From the NCBI RefSeq assembly GCF_902459465.1, contig NC_047064.1, positions 930,001 to 994,000 of the forward strand: 64,000 nucleotides of DNA, written 5' to 3'. Positions 1 to 13,600 of the stretch are shown piece after piece. The translations under genes were made by a program, and so were the position numbers. The notes beneath the pieces were generated by a model. It was not told the origin of the DNA. It did no database searches and was given only the letters and a program-made list of their open reading frames with translations. Numbering within the stretch: position 1 is the first letter of the stretch; each line of letters begins with the position of its first letter. The DNA is from Asterias rubens. Its lineage: Eukaryota.

Positions 1-1229
1 TTTGTGTTGTAACAACATCATGTTTTTCTTGTTTTGGGGTGGGTGGTGACACGTTTTACTGTCAAGTTATCGGGTTTCAAAGTTCCCTGTCAAAAGTGCC
101 GACCGTAAAGCTTAACGATGGTTAAATTTTAGCGGTTGTCATTTGACCATTATGATTATGGCACAACTTTGGGTTAATCCAGGGAAAACCGGTAAAATGG
201 GGAAATCTGTCAGTTTTATAAAAATGGAGCGAAGGTTATAATTTTGTAGGTACTCATATACCCTGACAACGAAACGATTTCTCACAGAAAGCAAAATATA
301 TTTTTGATCGGACGTCTGTAATATTTCAAGTCCAAACCAAATTGGTCTTCAAGTTGTCCAGACCCAGAGGGCCAGAGTATGCCTAGCCGTCTAGACACCG
401 GGTAAGACTATACGGCATTATTGACCTCTAGGCATTATAGGTCGCGGTCAATGACCCCTACACTCTTTAATTAGCTTGTACCAACACAAATATTTACAAT
501 GTCTACAGGCCATTGACCAGGCTAATGACCAATGCTTGTGTTCTGACTTGTAACCCGTGCCGTTGGCAATGTGTGGTCAGTTTTAGGACGGTCACTCGGA
601 TCTCGGATCTTGTTGGTAGATCACGTCACCCGTTTCTCTGAAGAACCTCCCACTCGGTCTCCATGTTTCGAGGTTAATTTAGCGAGGATGTGGGCTGAAA
701 CAGTTGTATCTATCCGCTCAAAGACACCCCCCCCCCCCCCCCCCTCCAATTAAATGTTGGTATCTCCGCAAAGACGTTGTAAAGAAATGTTGTCAACAGA
801 TAATGATGTTTACTTTCACATTGCTAAAAAATGTTACCGGATGTAATACCCGTTAAAATGAACCGCAACATCCTTGAATTGCGTGAACCTTGCACACCTT
901 CACCACCATGGCCCAATTTCATAAATCTGTACTGGTATGCTGTTTCTGCTAAGCAGAAAATACTGCCTGGCAACTTTCTTTAACTTTCTTTGCTAAGTAA
1001 AACAAAACAAATGGTGCGGCACCAGACAATGTTAACGTTAACCAGGCTGGTAACCATTTTTTGCCAAGTAATATTTTTCTGTGCTTAGCAAAATAGGAAC
1101 AATTTCGACAGTCATCCGGAAGGGAGCTGCATAACCACAAGGGTGCAGTTTCGAAAACATTGAAGTCATAAACTTCCAAGAAGATCTTGACTCACGTTTA
1201 ACGTTTCACCAAATCTGTTTCGGTTTTGA

Positions 1230-1620
1230 TGTGTTCTTCACAGTTGGTTTAACACTGATGAATGATTGGTTAAAGTCAGTGATTTTGCAAGAATAGCAGT
1301 GTTTGTTGGAATTCAGTCATGCATCCACTAGCTCAAAGATACAAAATTGACAGGTTTGCGTAGGAAACTTTATGGTGTAGTATTACCGGATTTGGGACTG
1401 AGGTGATTGTTTTAAGTTCTGAGAAACTGAAAGACGGGTTCGTTATTCATGAAGCCTCAATCTATTTTACAGTGTCATGCTTGTTTCTTTTGAAGTCGTT
1501 TGTAAGTTGTAACTTTGTGGTTTTATTTGCAGGCGCGCTGAGTGCATGCTAGCCAATCACATCAGCGAACCAGTTTTGGTCAGCAGTCTAAAGCGCGCCA
1601 TCTACGTCCTAAAAGTTTGA
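1230..1620 (+). promoter_or_regulatory. Candidate promoter region (CpG-retaining, CCAAT boxes)
   Basis: The first ~2.5 kb is visibly richer in CpG than most of the window. It has a forward CCAAT at 1553 (GCGCG...AGCCAATCACA) and a reverse TGATTGG near 1263, upstream of a candidate donor at 2046. Inference only. Confidence 0.25.
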
Positions 1621-1879
1621 CAAACTTTGGAACGTTACATTTTTATTGTAGGGGATATTTATCTTGGCAGAGAAAAACATCTGTGCTAATTTCCAAACTT
1701 CAAGTGAAATTGTAATAGATGAGCATTAAATACAACGACACAAATTTAAGATTGCGTATCTGAAAATATTATTTGATGGAAAAGGTTTTAAAAGTAGTTT
1801 TTTATCCTGTATATTTTCAGATGTTATGAAAGTTCTCCTTTAGTAAATTGGAACACACAAAATTTAATTTTGTAGCCCG

Positions 1880-2045
1880 ATAGCAGTGCAGTGCCTCAAG
1901 CACGTGCATCAATTTACGTGAGCTAGAAATTGTGTAATTAAAAAACTAAGTCTCGAACAAGGAGCCAAATTTATAATTATCACTAATTATTGGAGACGAA
2001 GAAGCAAGATTCAGTGCAAAGAGACAATTCCACTGTTGAATGAAG
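1880..2045 (+). other. Candidate non-coding first (5' UTR) exon
   Basis: Donor-like GAAG|GTAGGC at 2045/2046 downstream of the CpG/CCAAT region. The start coordinate is a guess and there is no transcript evidence. Confidence 0.2.
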
Positions 2046-3642
2046 GTAGGCTTTTTTGGTCTTGTTGTTTATAGCAATGTTGGTCCCTGACGGATTTGTA
2101 AATGTTGCTCACCGAGTGAGTGTTGTGGGTGGGGTTGATCGGGGGAGGGGCGGGGCTATATAGGGGTTGGGCAAGGGTTCAAGCTTGCAAGGGTTGGGTG
2201 GGGTTGGGCTGGAGAGGTATGTGTGTGTCGGTAGGGGTTGAGCGGGGAGGCACGGACGGGCACTGGGCAGATGTAGTACAGGGCACAAATTCGTCGAGCA
2301 GTATCGCAGAAAAAAGGGGCGGAGTACCAGTTGCAACATTGCAACTTATGGTTACTAACTAGACCCAGTGAATGAGGCGCTGTATTCCTTTTTGAAAAAT
2401 GTTAACATCTGCGGTCGTATCCCGGTTTGCACCCCACCCCAGATATATCACTTGTATTTGATATAATTTTCACCACACCAACCCACAAAAAAATGCCCCC
2501 AAAATGACTCAAAAACTTGAAAACTGCCTTCTGCTTGGCACCTCGGTTTGTCAAGGTCTCCTAGGATGCAATTTTTTTATATAAAGTTCAACATCAATCA
2601 CGACTTTAGTCTTCGGACTGTCATTAGGTCAAAAGTTAGGATTGCCGCTGCCATGCATAGTGGATAAGATTTTGTGAAACACCTTGATCTCACCCCCCCC
2701 CACTGGTCCAGTATTTTCAACAAATCAATCAAACATTTGTATATCAGCCCTAGAATGCTTCACACAATCAATAATTAAATGGGGCACTTTTTTAATCCCG
2801 CAAAGAATTTGCTCGCATTTGTTACAAATGGAATGTTTTTCTCTTCTTGATGGAGTACAAGAAGTCATCACTTTCCAAGTGAGAAATAACTTCCGCTATA
2901 TTTCTCCTATATGAGTAGTTAAGCTGTTGAAATACAAGATTTATTGTTATGTTTATGTTAATCAAATTTCCCTGTACCTTATATAAATAAAAAGAAATAT
3001 GGATTTCATCTGCAGATCAAATGTAAGAATTAGTTTAATAAAGTTCGCCTTAGGCTGATGGAGAATGCGTCAAAGAAAACAATTATGATTGACCTTCTGA
3101 TTGATAAAGTACCCATATGTGCGGCTACATCAAATAGCTTAGTCTGAGAAGTTATGACGTTTGATTAATGCAAAGGTGCCGACAGACAGATTGTACAACT
3201 GCACTTGTGACGCATTTCCAGGGTGAGAATGTCATCCCAATATTATTTTTTTTCTGCCAGTAATGTTATAGCTTTCAAATCCCTTTCTTAAAGAGACGAA
3301 GTAAGTTTGTTTGACCTATAATATTTTCACGAAAAGATGCCTGGAAATTATTCTGGAAAAACTTTGCTTAAGTGTAGCATCACAATTGTAAGCGAGCAGT
3401 CTATTTAGGTAATGTCTCTTTTCAAGCCTCGCAGATTGAGTGAGAAATTATTTTAGATTCAAACTCAATTCAAAACTCAATTTTCCTAAAGACCCCAGCT
3501 TTTTAATTGGAATAATTATAAAGATGATTTGTGCCAATTTTAACTTTACCTCAAAGTCTTTTATATGACATTTTACCTGTCTTAAACCATTACCTTACCA
3601 TACGTTAATACATCACAATTCACCAATAGGATCGTCGCAAAA

Positions 3643-4015
3643 TGAAAATCACCTAAATTTTATCCAGAAACTTGAAACTGATGGACTTTTGAAATGAAGT
3701 TTGGAACCTCGAACAAGAGAACAAATGAGAACAATTGGGTGAGAATAAACCAGGTGCCTCATGGAAAATTTCCGAAAAGTTCTGCACAGCGGTTGTAAGC
3801 CATACAATAATATTCCCCGCAAGTTTCACTGCAAATTGAAAATCACCTAAAGATTATCAGAAAGTTTAACCTGATGGACTCCTTGAAAAAGGTTAGAAAG
3901 CTTGTACAAATGAACAGAAATTAGAAAAATTGGCTTAGAGTAAACCAGGTGCCTCGTGGAAAACTTAAGAATAGGCTCCTCACAGCGGTTGTAAGCCGTA
4001 TAATATTCCCTTAAT
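3643..4015. repeat. Diverged tandem duplication, 2 x ~194 bp
   Basis: TGAAAATCACCTAAA at 3643 and 3837; AAACCAGGTGCCTC and CACAGCGGTTGTAAGCC recur at about the same spacing. Confidence 0.85.
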
Positions 4016-5074
4016 TTCCCCTTGTCGGTAAACTTCCCTCAAATTGCATTCCCACTTGGGAACCTAAAACCAAGCTCTTTGTGCGGCATTTCTTTGGTGT
4101 GAACTCACGTTGATTTCAACCGGTATTCATCTGTGAATGTGATACCATTCAGTCTGGGGGAAAGGTTACCGATGATGTTGATATTGGCTTAAGGGGGATT
4201 GTAAGTTCTGGCTTATGTGTTGCCGACGAATTGTGTATCAGTTAAAACCCAACGCCTTGAAGGAATTTACGCGTGTTACATTGTATGTGAACTTTTCTGG
4301 AGGTGAGAGTAATGGAGAAGGCAAATATATCACCTTGCCAATCTTTGTTATCCTTAAGAGTCATTTACCCTTGTAAGTAATTTAAATGTGAACACAATGG
4401 TTGAAACTTCATTATCCCATACTGGGGATTGTAATTCAAAAGTCCCTTTGGTTTAACTACTTTCTTCCTTTTTCTTTCATTTAAAAAAAATGCAAGTTCA
4501 CTCCAAACAAGGCTACGAGAAAATATGTAAGATGAAAATAACTCAGGGGAGCTGAAGGTAGGAATTGATATTCCTCTGAAACAGTCTACAGTAGATTGGA
4601 GGATGGAGGGAAACCTGCACCGGCCAAGGAGTTCCAACTTTGTTCTATGTACGACATCTCAGCAAAGAAAATGTCCCAAACGCAACATTAAGAATGAAAC
4701 TTAAAGAAATTTACATAATTTGAAGACCATCACTGACTGATTTTTTGCATTTTCTTTGAAGTGAATTGTGCAACAATAGTTTACACCATTCTATCCTTCC
4801 TTGTTTTGATCAACATTAAATAATGATACAAGATTTGATCTTCTTACAAGTTTGCTGTGAACCTTTGAAGCTTGTTGGATGGGTTTGGTTGACTCATCAC
4901 TCTGACAATTGATAATCCTGTCAAAGCAGTTTACAGTTTACTGCTACCCTAAATGGGTAGACACAATACAAGGTTCAACACCACCTGTTCTTATTAATGA
5001 TGACACGTTTTACATCATCATCACAGACATATATTTCATCAGCAAGGAAATGTCAGCTGCTAATTTTTGTCCAG

Positions 5075-5146
5075 GTGCGAATGATTGAGCAAGTTTTAAA
5101 TCGAGAAAGATCCAGGCTAGAAATGAGTGGAAACAATGAACAAAAA
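5075..5146 (+). other. Candidate 72-nt internal exon (VRMIEQVLNRERSRLEMSGNNEQK if phase 0)
   Basis: Acceptor taatttttgtccag|G and donor AAAA|GTAAGT bound an open 24-codon segment. No homology recognised. Confidence 0.2.
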
Positions 5147-6858
5147 GTAAGTCCAGATTTATCACACCACAGGCTACAGACTCAACCTTTTTCAAAGACC
5201 TTTAACAAAATAAATTGGCCTTGCTCAAAAGATGAAATTCCAGGCTGGCTTTATCAGGAAGACACGTAGTAGTTGTAATTTCTTCAAGAAATGTCCAGTA
5301 TGATTAATGTAGAACACACTTTGAGAAAACAAAAGGGTGTGGACTCATGCTCTGCTTGTCTCACTTACACCCCATGGGTATTTCAAACTAAATTAAGGGT
5401 CATAACTTTCCCTGCCCTCAGGTATAAGGGAAAGACAATTAGGTGCAAGTGTATGGTCAGTGTTTGAATCTCTGGTCACTAGAATGAGATTGACCAGTTA
5501 TGAAAGCGGTCAAGCAGCAAATAGGAAATTACTCAGAAGAGACCATCTGGTGATATTGGTGACGCAGTTTGCCACTTTGTAGATATTCTTTGTCTTCAAC
5601 GCCCTTCTTTTCAGTGAAACCATGTTCCTCGATGATGAAACAACCCATTGGTTAAGACTAATGGACAATTGATAACAATCAATTATGTGTTACAGGTGTA
5701 TAGAAAAAAAACCTTTGATATGTGAGTTCTTACCTTTCTCCTAATCGGGTCTTTAATTTCATTATTAATCACTCAACCACTTTCTATCGGCAATCCAAAG
5801 AATTTTTTGTGCCCATGCGTAGTGTTAAAAAAATTAAGAGAGCTTCTGGAAAAAAAGCTTTCCCTTTGAAAAAATTGTTGCTACAATGAAACTGGGACTT
5901 GAGACAAAGGAAAGACTTTCCATTTCTGTACTCCAAATTTATAATCAAAATGACAAAGGCGGTCTTGAGTCAGGGACTACACAATAACCCCCGGAAAAAG
6001 GATATTACGAGCATGATTTCCAGTACCTTCTGTCCGCCTTGGTACTGGTGAAACAAAGTATAGCCCATTAGGTGCATGCTGTGCTGTGCATGCTATACAA
6101 TGAAATGTCTAGGTGGAGTTTCAGGTCAGCCGTCTGACTGACTGCAAAGAAATTGTATGCAAAGAAATTGATTACATAATGAGTCACATAGAGTTGTGCA
6201 CTTTCTCGTTTCTTTCCTTCTCTTTGGATGTCTTAAGAATGTGGTAAGATTACTAAGAAAGTCAACCCTCTTTTTCTTAATCAGTTTGACATATATTTCT
6301 ACAGGTATGATTAATGATATCTCAATGCTCCAGTACAGGCGTAACTCCGACCCAAGATATTCCACAAGACATCTCGATATCTCGTGGGATCTGATAACAT
6401 TATTATCTCGTTGACTTCAGCTCTTAGAATGACAAGAATCGCTCAACAATTTTCTCTGGGAATCAACATAATTTCATTGACAGCTGTTGTTCATCAGATA
6501 AAATTTTCTGGTTATCAATTTTCCCGAGACTGATCAATCAGAACATAGTTGCTGTTGGGAGTTTTGCCTTAAGCAGTTGACGAAATTAAATTGTATACAT
6601 TATGAATGGGGGAGAAAAAAATCACCTCTGATAAATCATCATGTGAAATTGTACAGTATTATTTAAACATTTTTGGAGAGTAAAATGTCAACATTGGACA
6701 GAAGTAAGATGATCAATGGTACAAATATTAAAGCGATTTTCATCGCAAGCGTTTTTCCTACAGTAGGATTTATGAGAAGGATTAGTATTTTATAATAGTT
6801 CACTTTGGAAAGTAGAGTAGGTAGGAGCAATTTCTTCTTTTGGGGCTGTTAAGGTGCC

Positions 6859-6959
6859 ATAGACCTTATCGCAAATGCTCGGTACGCGCACAATAGACGT
6901 AGAATGAGGTGCATTCTGGTCTAGCTAGCTATCAAAATGGTATTTGCGAAAGGGTCTAT
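6859..6959. mobile_element. Small MITE (~100 bp)
   Basis: Terminal inverted repeats ATAGACCTTATCGCAAAT / ATTTGCGAAAGGGTCTAT. Confidence 0.7.
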
Positions 6960-7250
6960 AGGCATCTTAGCAGCACAGGTTAGAATACAAGGGTTTGAGT
7001 TTGGGGAGAAAATCAACAAACTGCTGGGCTTGTAGCTCATCATTTATAAGGGACCAGAAATTGTTTACAAGACATCAATGAGTCAAAATAAAAAATAAAA
7101 AGCCTTCTACACATGATAATACTTCAATTACTGAAAAAAATTAAAGATATTTATCACTTATCAGACTCAACATTAAAACCTCAATAAAAAATAAAGATAC
7201 ACAATGAAGTATTTTTTTAAACTGGTCAATATTCAGGCAAATTATATTTA

Positions 7251-7466
7251 GGGCCCTGTCACGGAGGCAACTTTTACAGGCAACTTGGAGGCAACCAACT
7301 GCAGCACATGCTACAGTACCACTTCGGTAGCACATGAGTAATTTTTTTCAAACAATGTCTTCTGATCCCCCCCAACAAACATGTGAACATTCAAATGTGA
7401 CTGCCTTTTCTTCAAAGACATTGCCTTGCACTAGTTGCCCGTAAATTGCCTCGTGTGATACGGGCC
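7251..7466. mobile_element. PIF/Harbinger-type MITE
   Basis: TTA on both flanks (7248-7250, 7467-7469). Imperfect TIRs GGGCCCTGTCAC..GAGGCAACTTTTACAGGCAAC / GTTGCCCGTAAATTGCCTC..GTGATACGGGCC. Related partial copy at 55307. Confidence 0.75.
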
Positions 7467-8019
7467 TTACGCTATGTGGGGAAGGTATTAATTAAACCAC
7501 AAGGGTCTCTGCACTTCAAAGTTTCACTTTTCACAGTCTGAATAATCACTTATATCCATAGTTTAACTCTACAGCTCACAGTAGTAGCATTTATAATCCT
7601 GTATCGTCAAACTGTCAGATAGTGAAATAGTCTGGAGCCAATCGGCTTTTTTACCACTGGATATGATATCTGAGGGTAAAGACACCAGACATTTGGAAGA
7701 TTTCCTGTTTTGAAATTGAATGCTTAAATGTTCCCCAGCGTGACAACATAACAGTCTGCGCATCAGTCCCAAATGATAGGAACATCATGAGGCGTTTAGA
7801 CACGGCGTTTAGACACCTGTGCCACTGAACTCTCAGCGACAATTACCTAACTTCCTTTTCATGACTTTCAACCGAAGGTCATCATGTTATCATGAGGTGG
7901 CAAAAGGGGTGAGGTTGGACCCTCGTTGGTTCAGTTGGCCTTGACTTTGAGCAAAATGTCAAAGTACATTGACCTATTTGTGAAGACAGGGTCTTAATCT
8001 GAACCTTAAGTCATTGGAG

Positions 8020-8460
8020 GGAGTGTCGGATGTGGGAGGGTAGGGGTTGCTTCTTGGAGTTGTGGGAGTGGGGGGGGGGTTACAAACTAGCCCTTTTACT
8101 CACTCGTAAAAGGTCAAACAAATTGCTATTCCTTTCATCTTGCCCAACTCTAATTTTGGACCTTCAGTCTTGAACCTAGTGTCAGGAGTGTCGGGTGTGT
8201 GAAGGTAGGGGAGGGGGGGGGGGGGTTACGGACTAGCCCTTCCTGTACCTCCTAATAGGTCAAACAAAGTGCTATTCCTTTATGCTCCCCCAATTTAAAA
8301 ATTGAACTTCAGTCTTGAACCTAAGAGGAGGGAGAGTATGGTGCGGGGGGGGGGGGGGGGGTAGGGGGCTGCTTCTAGGGGCTGGGGAGGGGGGTGGGGT
8401 GGTGGCGCTGTTCAGACTAGCCCTTCTTATCACTCCTAAAAGTGTTATTGCTCTCGGCTT
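8020..8460. repeat. Three diverged G-run-rich tandem units (~146-184 bp)
   Basis: ACTAGCCCTT at 8086, 8232 and 8416. AGGTCAAACAAA.TGCTATTCCTTT and CTTCAGTCTTGAACCTA are repeated. Each unit has long poly-G runs. Confidence 0.85.
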
Positions 8461-10353
8461 GCCAAACTCCAGTATGAGTTTACAGACATTACTGCCTCAG
8501 CTTGTGGTGTGGCCCTCCTATTCTAAGGGAGTGCCCATTTGTTTAGAGGATCACATTTTGGTGACAGCTTCTTGTTTTCCGTATAAACATGTCTGCTGGT
8601 TTCCGTGGACCACAATCCAGTCATGTTTTCAGCCTAAACTAAACATATGATTGTTTTTTTCTCTGGTCTCTCAATCCCTTGTGTACTTGATGACCCGCTG
8701 GGGTATTTTACAAGCAATAATCTCATAATTGGTGTTGCACCTCCCTTGGGGCTATCATGGGGTCCCTTGTGACCTATTAGTGTCCTAGGCTAAACTAGTC
8801 CATTGACCTCATGAAGGTAGCTCAGACTTTTGGTCAAGTAAGAAACGCTTTGGGGAGATCGATTTGTAGCCTATTGTTGTAGGATAGACTTAATTGTGTA
8901 ATGCGTTACTGCATTAGTCAGGATTGCTGGCATTTTACACCTGTTTGGGTGGTTCCACCTGCGTGTCCTAAAAGGTGAGGCAAAGTCAGGTTTGAAGTTT
9001 TGAAAAATTCCCCAATCTGAAAAAAAAGCAACGCCAATCCGCAAGTGGAATTAATTAGAGTTAACAGTTAACAGCATATCTTCACTGGTAGGTTAGTTGA
9101 AAAACTCTTACAAATTCAGAAATAGACCTTTATTATCCTTTTTGTTTTTTAATGTGATGCGATCAGGCTAAATGTGTTTGTTGGAAATATCATTAAGGAG
9201 AAACAAGCCAAAACAGGTCAAAAAGGGTGTAATTTCAAGGAATATTATTTTTACATTTAAGTGCCAAAATTTATGTTGTTTTTATATTGACAACAACATT
9301 AAAAAGGGGTGAAAAGTTTGTGTTTTTCTGATCATGAAGTTTTTTCACAAAAATGAATGTACTGACTATCAGCAGAGTGCGTTAGTACCTCAGGAATTCT
9401 TTTCTGTTCTTTATGAATGAATTGTTACAAACCCCTTCAAGTATGCTTGTTTGTCCGCCCGTAGGTGTTTTTGGAAGAAATAGTCTTAAAATAGGTGAAT
9501 TATTAAAGCCCACAGTTTATCCCTTGTTAGGCACCGCAATGTCTGTGAATTTTACACTGAACTGTTGAAAACAAAATAACAAATTGCCAGGACACTCATT
9601 AAAGGAAATGCCGAAAGCGTTCATCTTTAGGCCTATACCCTGTTGGTGACCTGTGGTTTCTTGACAACAACTGTGGTCATTTGGTATATAGTTCCGACTG
9701 GCTTTGGTGCACCTATTTAAAAAACCATTACATCTTAGTTTAGTTTGATGCAGAATTCCATGTTAACTCTTGACCATATCAAGTAAACTACTTTATGATT
9801 TTGAATTTTGAACTTCAATATCAGAATTAATTTCTATGGAATAATGTCCTTATCTAAAGCCTTTAAATTGAGCTGAAGACATTGATGTTTTTATCTTGGA
9901 GACGGCAGAAGTCCATAGTGATAAGGCTTTAAGAACATGAGATAAATTAGACCTGACAGAGAAAACTTTCCCCCGTCCCCCCATCCCGCTGTTAGCTCAA
10001 ATTGGCACCCATCGAAGCCCATTTTCTCTCCTCTTTGAACATCTCAAGACATCTTGAGACAGGAAAACATGAATTAATGACCTACTGCTGAGTGAAGCAT
10101 TCATGCAGAGTTGTTGAACATCAACCCACCAGGTAGACTGTAATATTAAGGAATAAAAGACATTCTTATTGTTAGATCTAGACTAAGTCTTATAGGATTG
10201 CATGACCCTGTGAGTCAGTAGTTTTGAATCCAATAAAGCTAAGACCTTGTATTTCTTGAGAAAGTGATTCTGGAATGAATTTCTCACTTTGTTTCAATAG
10301 ACCTTACAATATTTTAGTTAGAGGTGCTTTTATCTTGTTAAGGAATAGATTAT

Positions 10354-10412
10354 ATTTGGTTTGCGATAATACCATTATGTGTGTCTACTTGCCAGGTAGA
10401 TTTCGTTCTTTG
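10354..10412 (+). repeat. Fragment of the hammerhead-associated dispersed repeat family
   Basis: ATTTGGTTTGCG.TAA.ACCAT..GTGTGTCTACTTGCCAGGTAGA matches the reverse complement of 32700-32765. Confidence 0.75.
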
Positions 10413-10454
10413 GAGGAATAGATTGTAAGATGTTGGACAGCAATTATACCCACG

Positions 10455-10635
10455 TATTGACCCAATTCACCTGACGTCATCATCAGAATAATCTTGAATG
10501 CGCCATTTTGGATGTCAATGTCAACAAGTGTTATTCAGAGAAGTGCGCATTTTAGGCGATGCGGCGTTTACCACCAACATGGTGAGCGTGCGTGGCATCA
10601 GTCGCCGCGTGTGACGCGCGTGCAAGGGGTCAATA
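10455..10635. mobile_element. CpG-rich MITE (~180 bp)
   Basis: TIRs TATTGACCCAATTCAC / GTGCAAGGGGTCAATA. The interior retains many CpGs. A matching right end recurs near 11117-11132. Confidence 0.65.
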
Positions 10636-13600
10636 GGGAGTGTACAGGTAAAGCTAGTAGAATATCCTACAGGTCTGGCCTCGGTGTAACCATAGGTTAA
10701 GGACATAGCTACTCTATGGTGCAACAGGTACAGTGAATGGATGCCAAGATGTTGTAAAGTGGGTGCTACGAGTGAAGGTGTGTACAGAAGGGACAGTTCC
10801 TGTAGAATAGAAGAGGCTTAGGAGACGGAACATCTACTAGACAGGTTCAAGAGATGATTCCTTGTCTTGTGGAAGGACAGGATGAACTTGAATCACCCCT
10901 CTGATGAAGACCAATTTATTTGCCAAGAGTCAGGTCCAATGTGTTCAGCTAAACACTTAACCACAGTATATTGGCCCAATTTACCCGCCTTCTTCTTCAC
11001 AATAACATTGGTTGCCATTTAGGGAGGCAATGTCACGCATTCATATGAGCGCATTTCAGGTAACCCAGCATTTACACTCTAACCAGACACTCAGACAGAA
11101 GCTGTGTAAGACTCTAGTGCAAGGGGTCAATGGAGTTTTCACTCCAAAAACTTTCAGACACCTTTTGAAGAAGTGTTTTTTTACATTTTGTTGTCTGTCC
11201 ATTTTTTATCTCCTGTAGGATGTTCATTATTTAATCCTGTCATCATACGTTTTAGTTGGTGTAGTTTTAGTTACACGCTATGGATTAGAAAATTCACTTT
11301 TACTTGCCTTTTTCCTGTCAAAACAATTGTTGATATTTTGACAGAATGCAATTTGGCATATTGCCAGAAAGCAATGTGCTACTTAGACCACATTTTGCTA
11401 AGTTTTTAGGATAGGAGGAGCAGGAGGATGGGATGTGTCTTCTATTTAATCGGGAAATCAATGAACAGAGAAAACATCGGATTTCTTTAACACATAAACA
11501 AAATACATGAGTATTCACACTCCATTTGATCCAATGTAAATCAACAAACCCATAAATATTTTAGCTTAAAAGTCACCAGAAACTGGTAAAAAAAAACCTC
11601 TAAATGTATTCACTGGTTTTAAATTCGGTCCACCTCGATCAAAACTAATTGTTTTATCAATTTCACAAAAATCTAAAGCATGTAGAGCAAAAAAACCCAA
11701 AGAGAAGTTGCATATTCTGCGCCTTGAACACCCAGCAGGGTGGATACGTGCGCATTACAAGTCTTATTCTTCTTCTTCTTATTATTATATATTTGTTAAC
11801 CTTACCAATGTTGTTCGAACCATTTAAGAACATGAGTTTTGGGGGTATAGGGTCAGACAAGAGTCACTGTCATGCCCTGCCATCCTCACCCAAATCTTTT
11901 CATCCAAGGTTAGTCCCGCTTAGCGGCAAAATTCTATCCTAAGTAGTTAGAACTGATGCGGGTGCATAGTAAGCTCGGCCAAATGTCATAAATACCTGCT
12001 AAATTGTAGCTCAAACGCACATTAAAATTGTGCTTATAAGAATAAGCTTGCCAGCCAAAATACAGTTCCGTGTGGATGCTACTCGTACCTGGGCCTAACT
12101 TTCTAATTCTGTTAAGTAGAATATGCTGCTTAGCAAAATTCTTTGAAACCAGTGGAAACAGTGTAAATTCTATGCAATGTTGGCTGGTAAACTGTTTCAG
12201 CTAAGCATGATTTCTCTGTGCTTAGGAAGTTTGTGTGCTTACAGGTGGGCACTGGCCTCCTTATTGATGTTAACACTCTGGGTACTGCAGTATGTTGATT
12301 CTGATTGGTCAATGGGGAATTTCAATTGAACCTGACAGTTTTTTGATTGGCTGTCCCAGGTGAAATAAGTCCTTCTGGAATAAATGTTAATAACATTTGA
12401 CATGAATTTCCCATGGGACATTTGTTGATCACAAAATCAGCGGATATGACATCATTTGGATTCATGTACTTAAAGGGATGAATTTTTAAAAGAATTTTAT
12501 GCAGCTCGTAAAATGTTTTCCTTAAACTATCGGTTTTCTAAAACCATTTGCCATTTTGAGAAATTAACCTTAAAGGGTTAGCCTAGATGTTTTTTTAAAA
12601 TGTTATCCCAGTGTATGACACAGCTGTAACTGCCCCTGTAATGCAGAGAGGAGCTATATGAGATTCTTACATCTAAAGGGAAGCTTTTGACAGTATTTTG
12701 AGGAACAGACCACTTCAAAGTTATGTTGTTGGGTAAACAGATATCAGTTTCAATGCCCATAAATTTGAATCTGAGAAGTGTTATTGTCAATAACGCTTCT
12801 CATATATTGTCTATTCCAGTTACAGATTATTCTTCCTGCATGGCTATATTTGCTCCGGACTTTCAGAAATATAAAAAAAAAACGTGACCACCTTTTGAAA
12901 TGAGATGGTCACATGTTTAAATAATCAGACGGTGAAAAAACCAAAGGTATGCCTTTAAAATAACACCCTGTCATTTTGAGTATCTCTTAAGATGAGTGGA
13001 ACCAGCACTTGCCAATACCGTGTGAACCTTAAGATTAAAAATCAATAGATTGATATTTTTTGATAGTCGCCATAACTAACATTCCCGACCTGATTATCTG
13101 CACTGATCATGTTGAGTGATGACGTCATGACATCACAGCACCAGTCCGAAGTAATGACCCTGACTACACTCGGACCTACTCATTCCAGTTATCATGACAA
13201 GGTTTTCTCTGAATTCCCCCGAGGTGTTTAAAGATCAGAAGAATTCCTGTGAGAAAGAAAATAAACAAGATGAATAAAATGACTTGGAAAAAGAAGAGGA
13301 GAGATGCAAACTGAAGAGGTTGGGAGTAGGGAGTTGAAATCACACAAGGTGAAGATGAAGGGGGTAACAAGCGCTGCTCTCCCCTACCCTCTTCTCCCTT
13401 CTCCTCCCCATGGGAAATGAGTTGGCTCACAATGCCCAATACTTCAACCATTGTCAGCATAAGGATGTTCAAGATTCAGTCATGCTTTTTTTTTTTTTAA
13501 ATAAGTACTTTATTATTTGGTTTTACCCATGCACCAGAAATTAATATTACTTTATCCCTGAGGCAAATATAAAATCTACAAAAGTATCAACCAATTTATG

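Noticed and set aside
10901-10945. CTGATGAAGACC as another hammerhead
   Set aside because: There is no matching GTC-GAAA closing stem II and no stem I partner.
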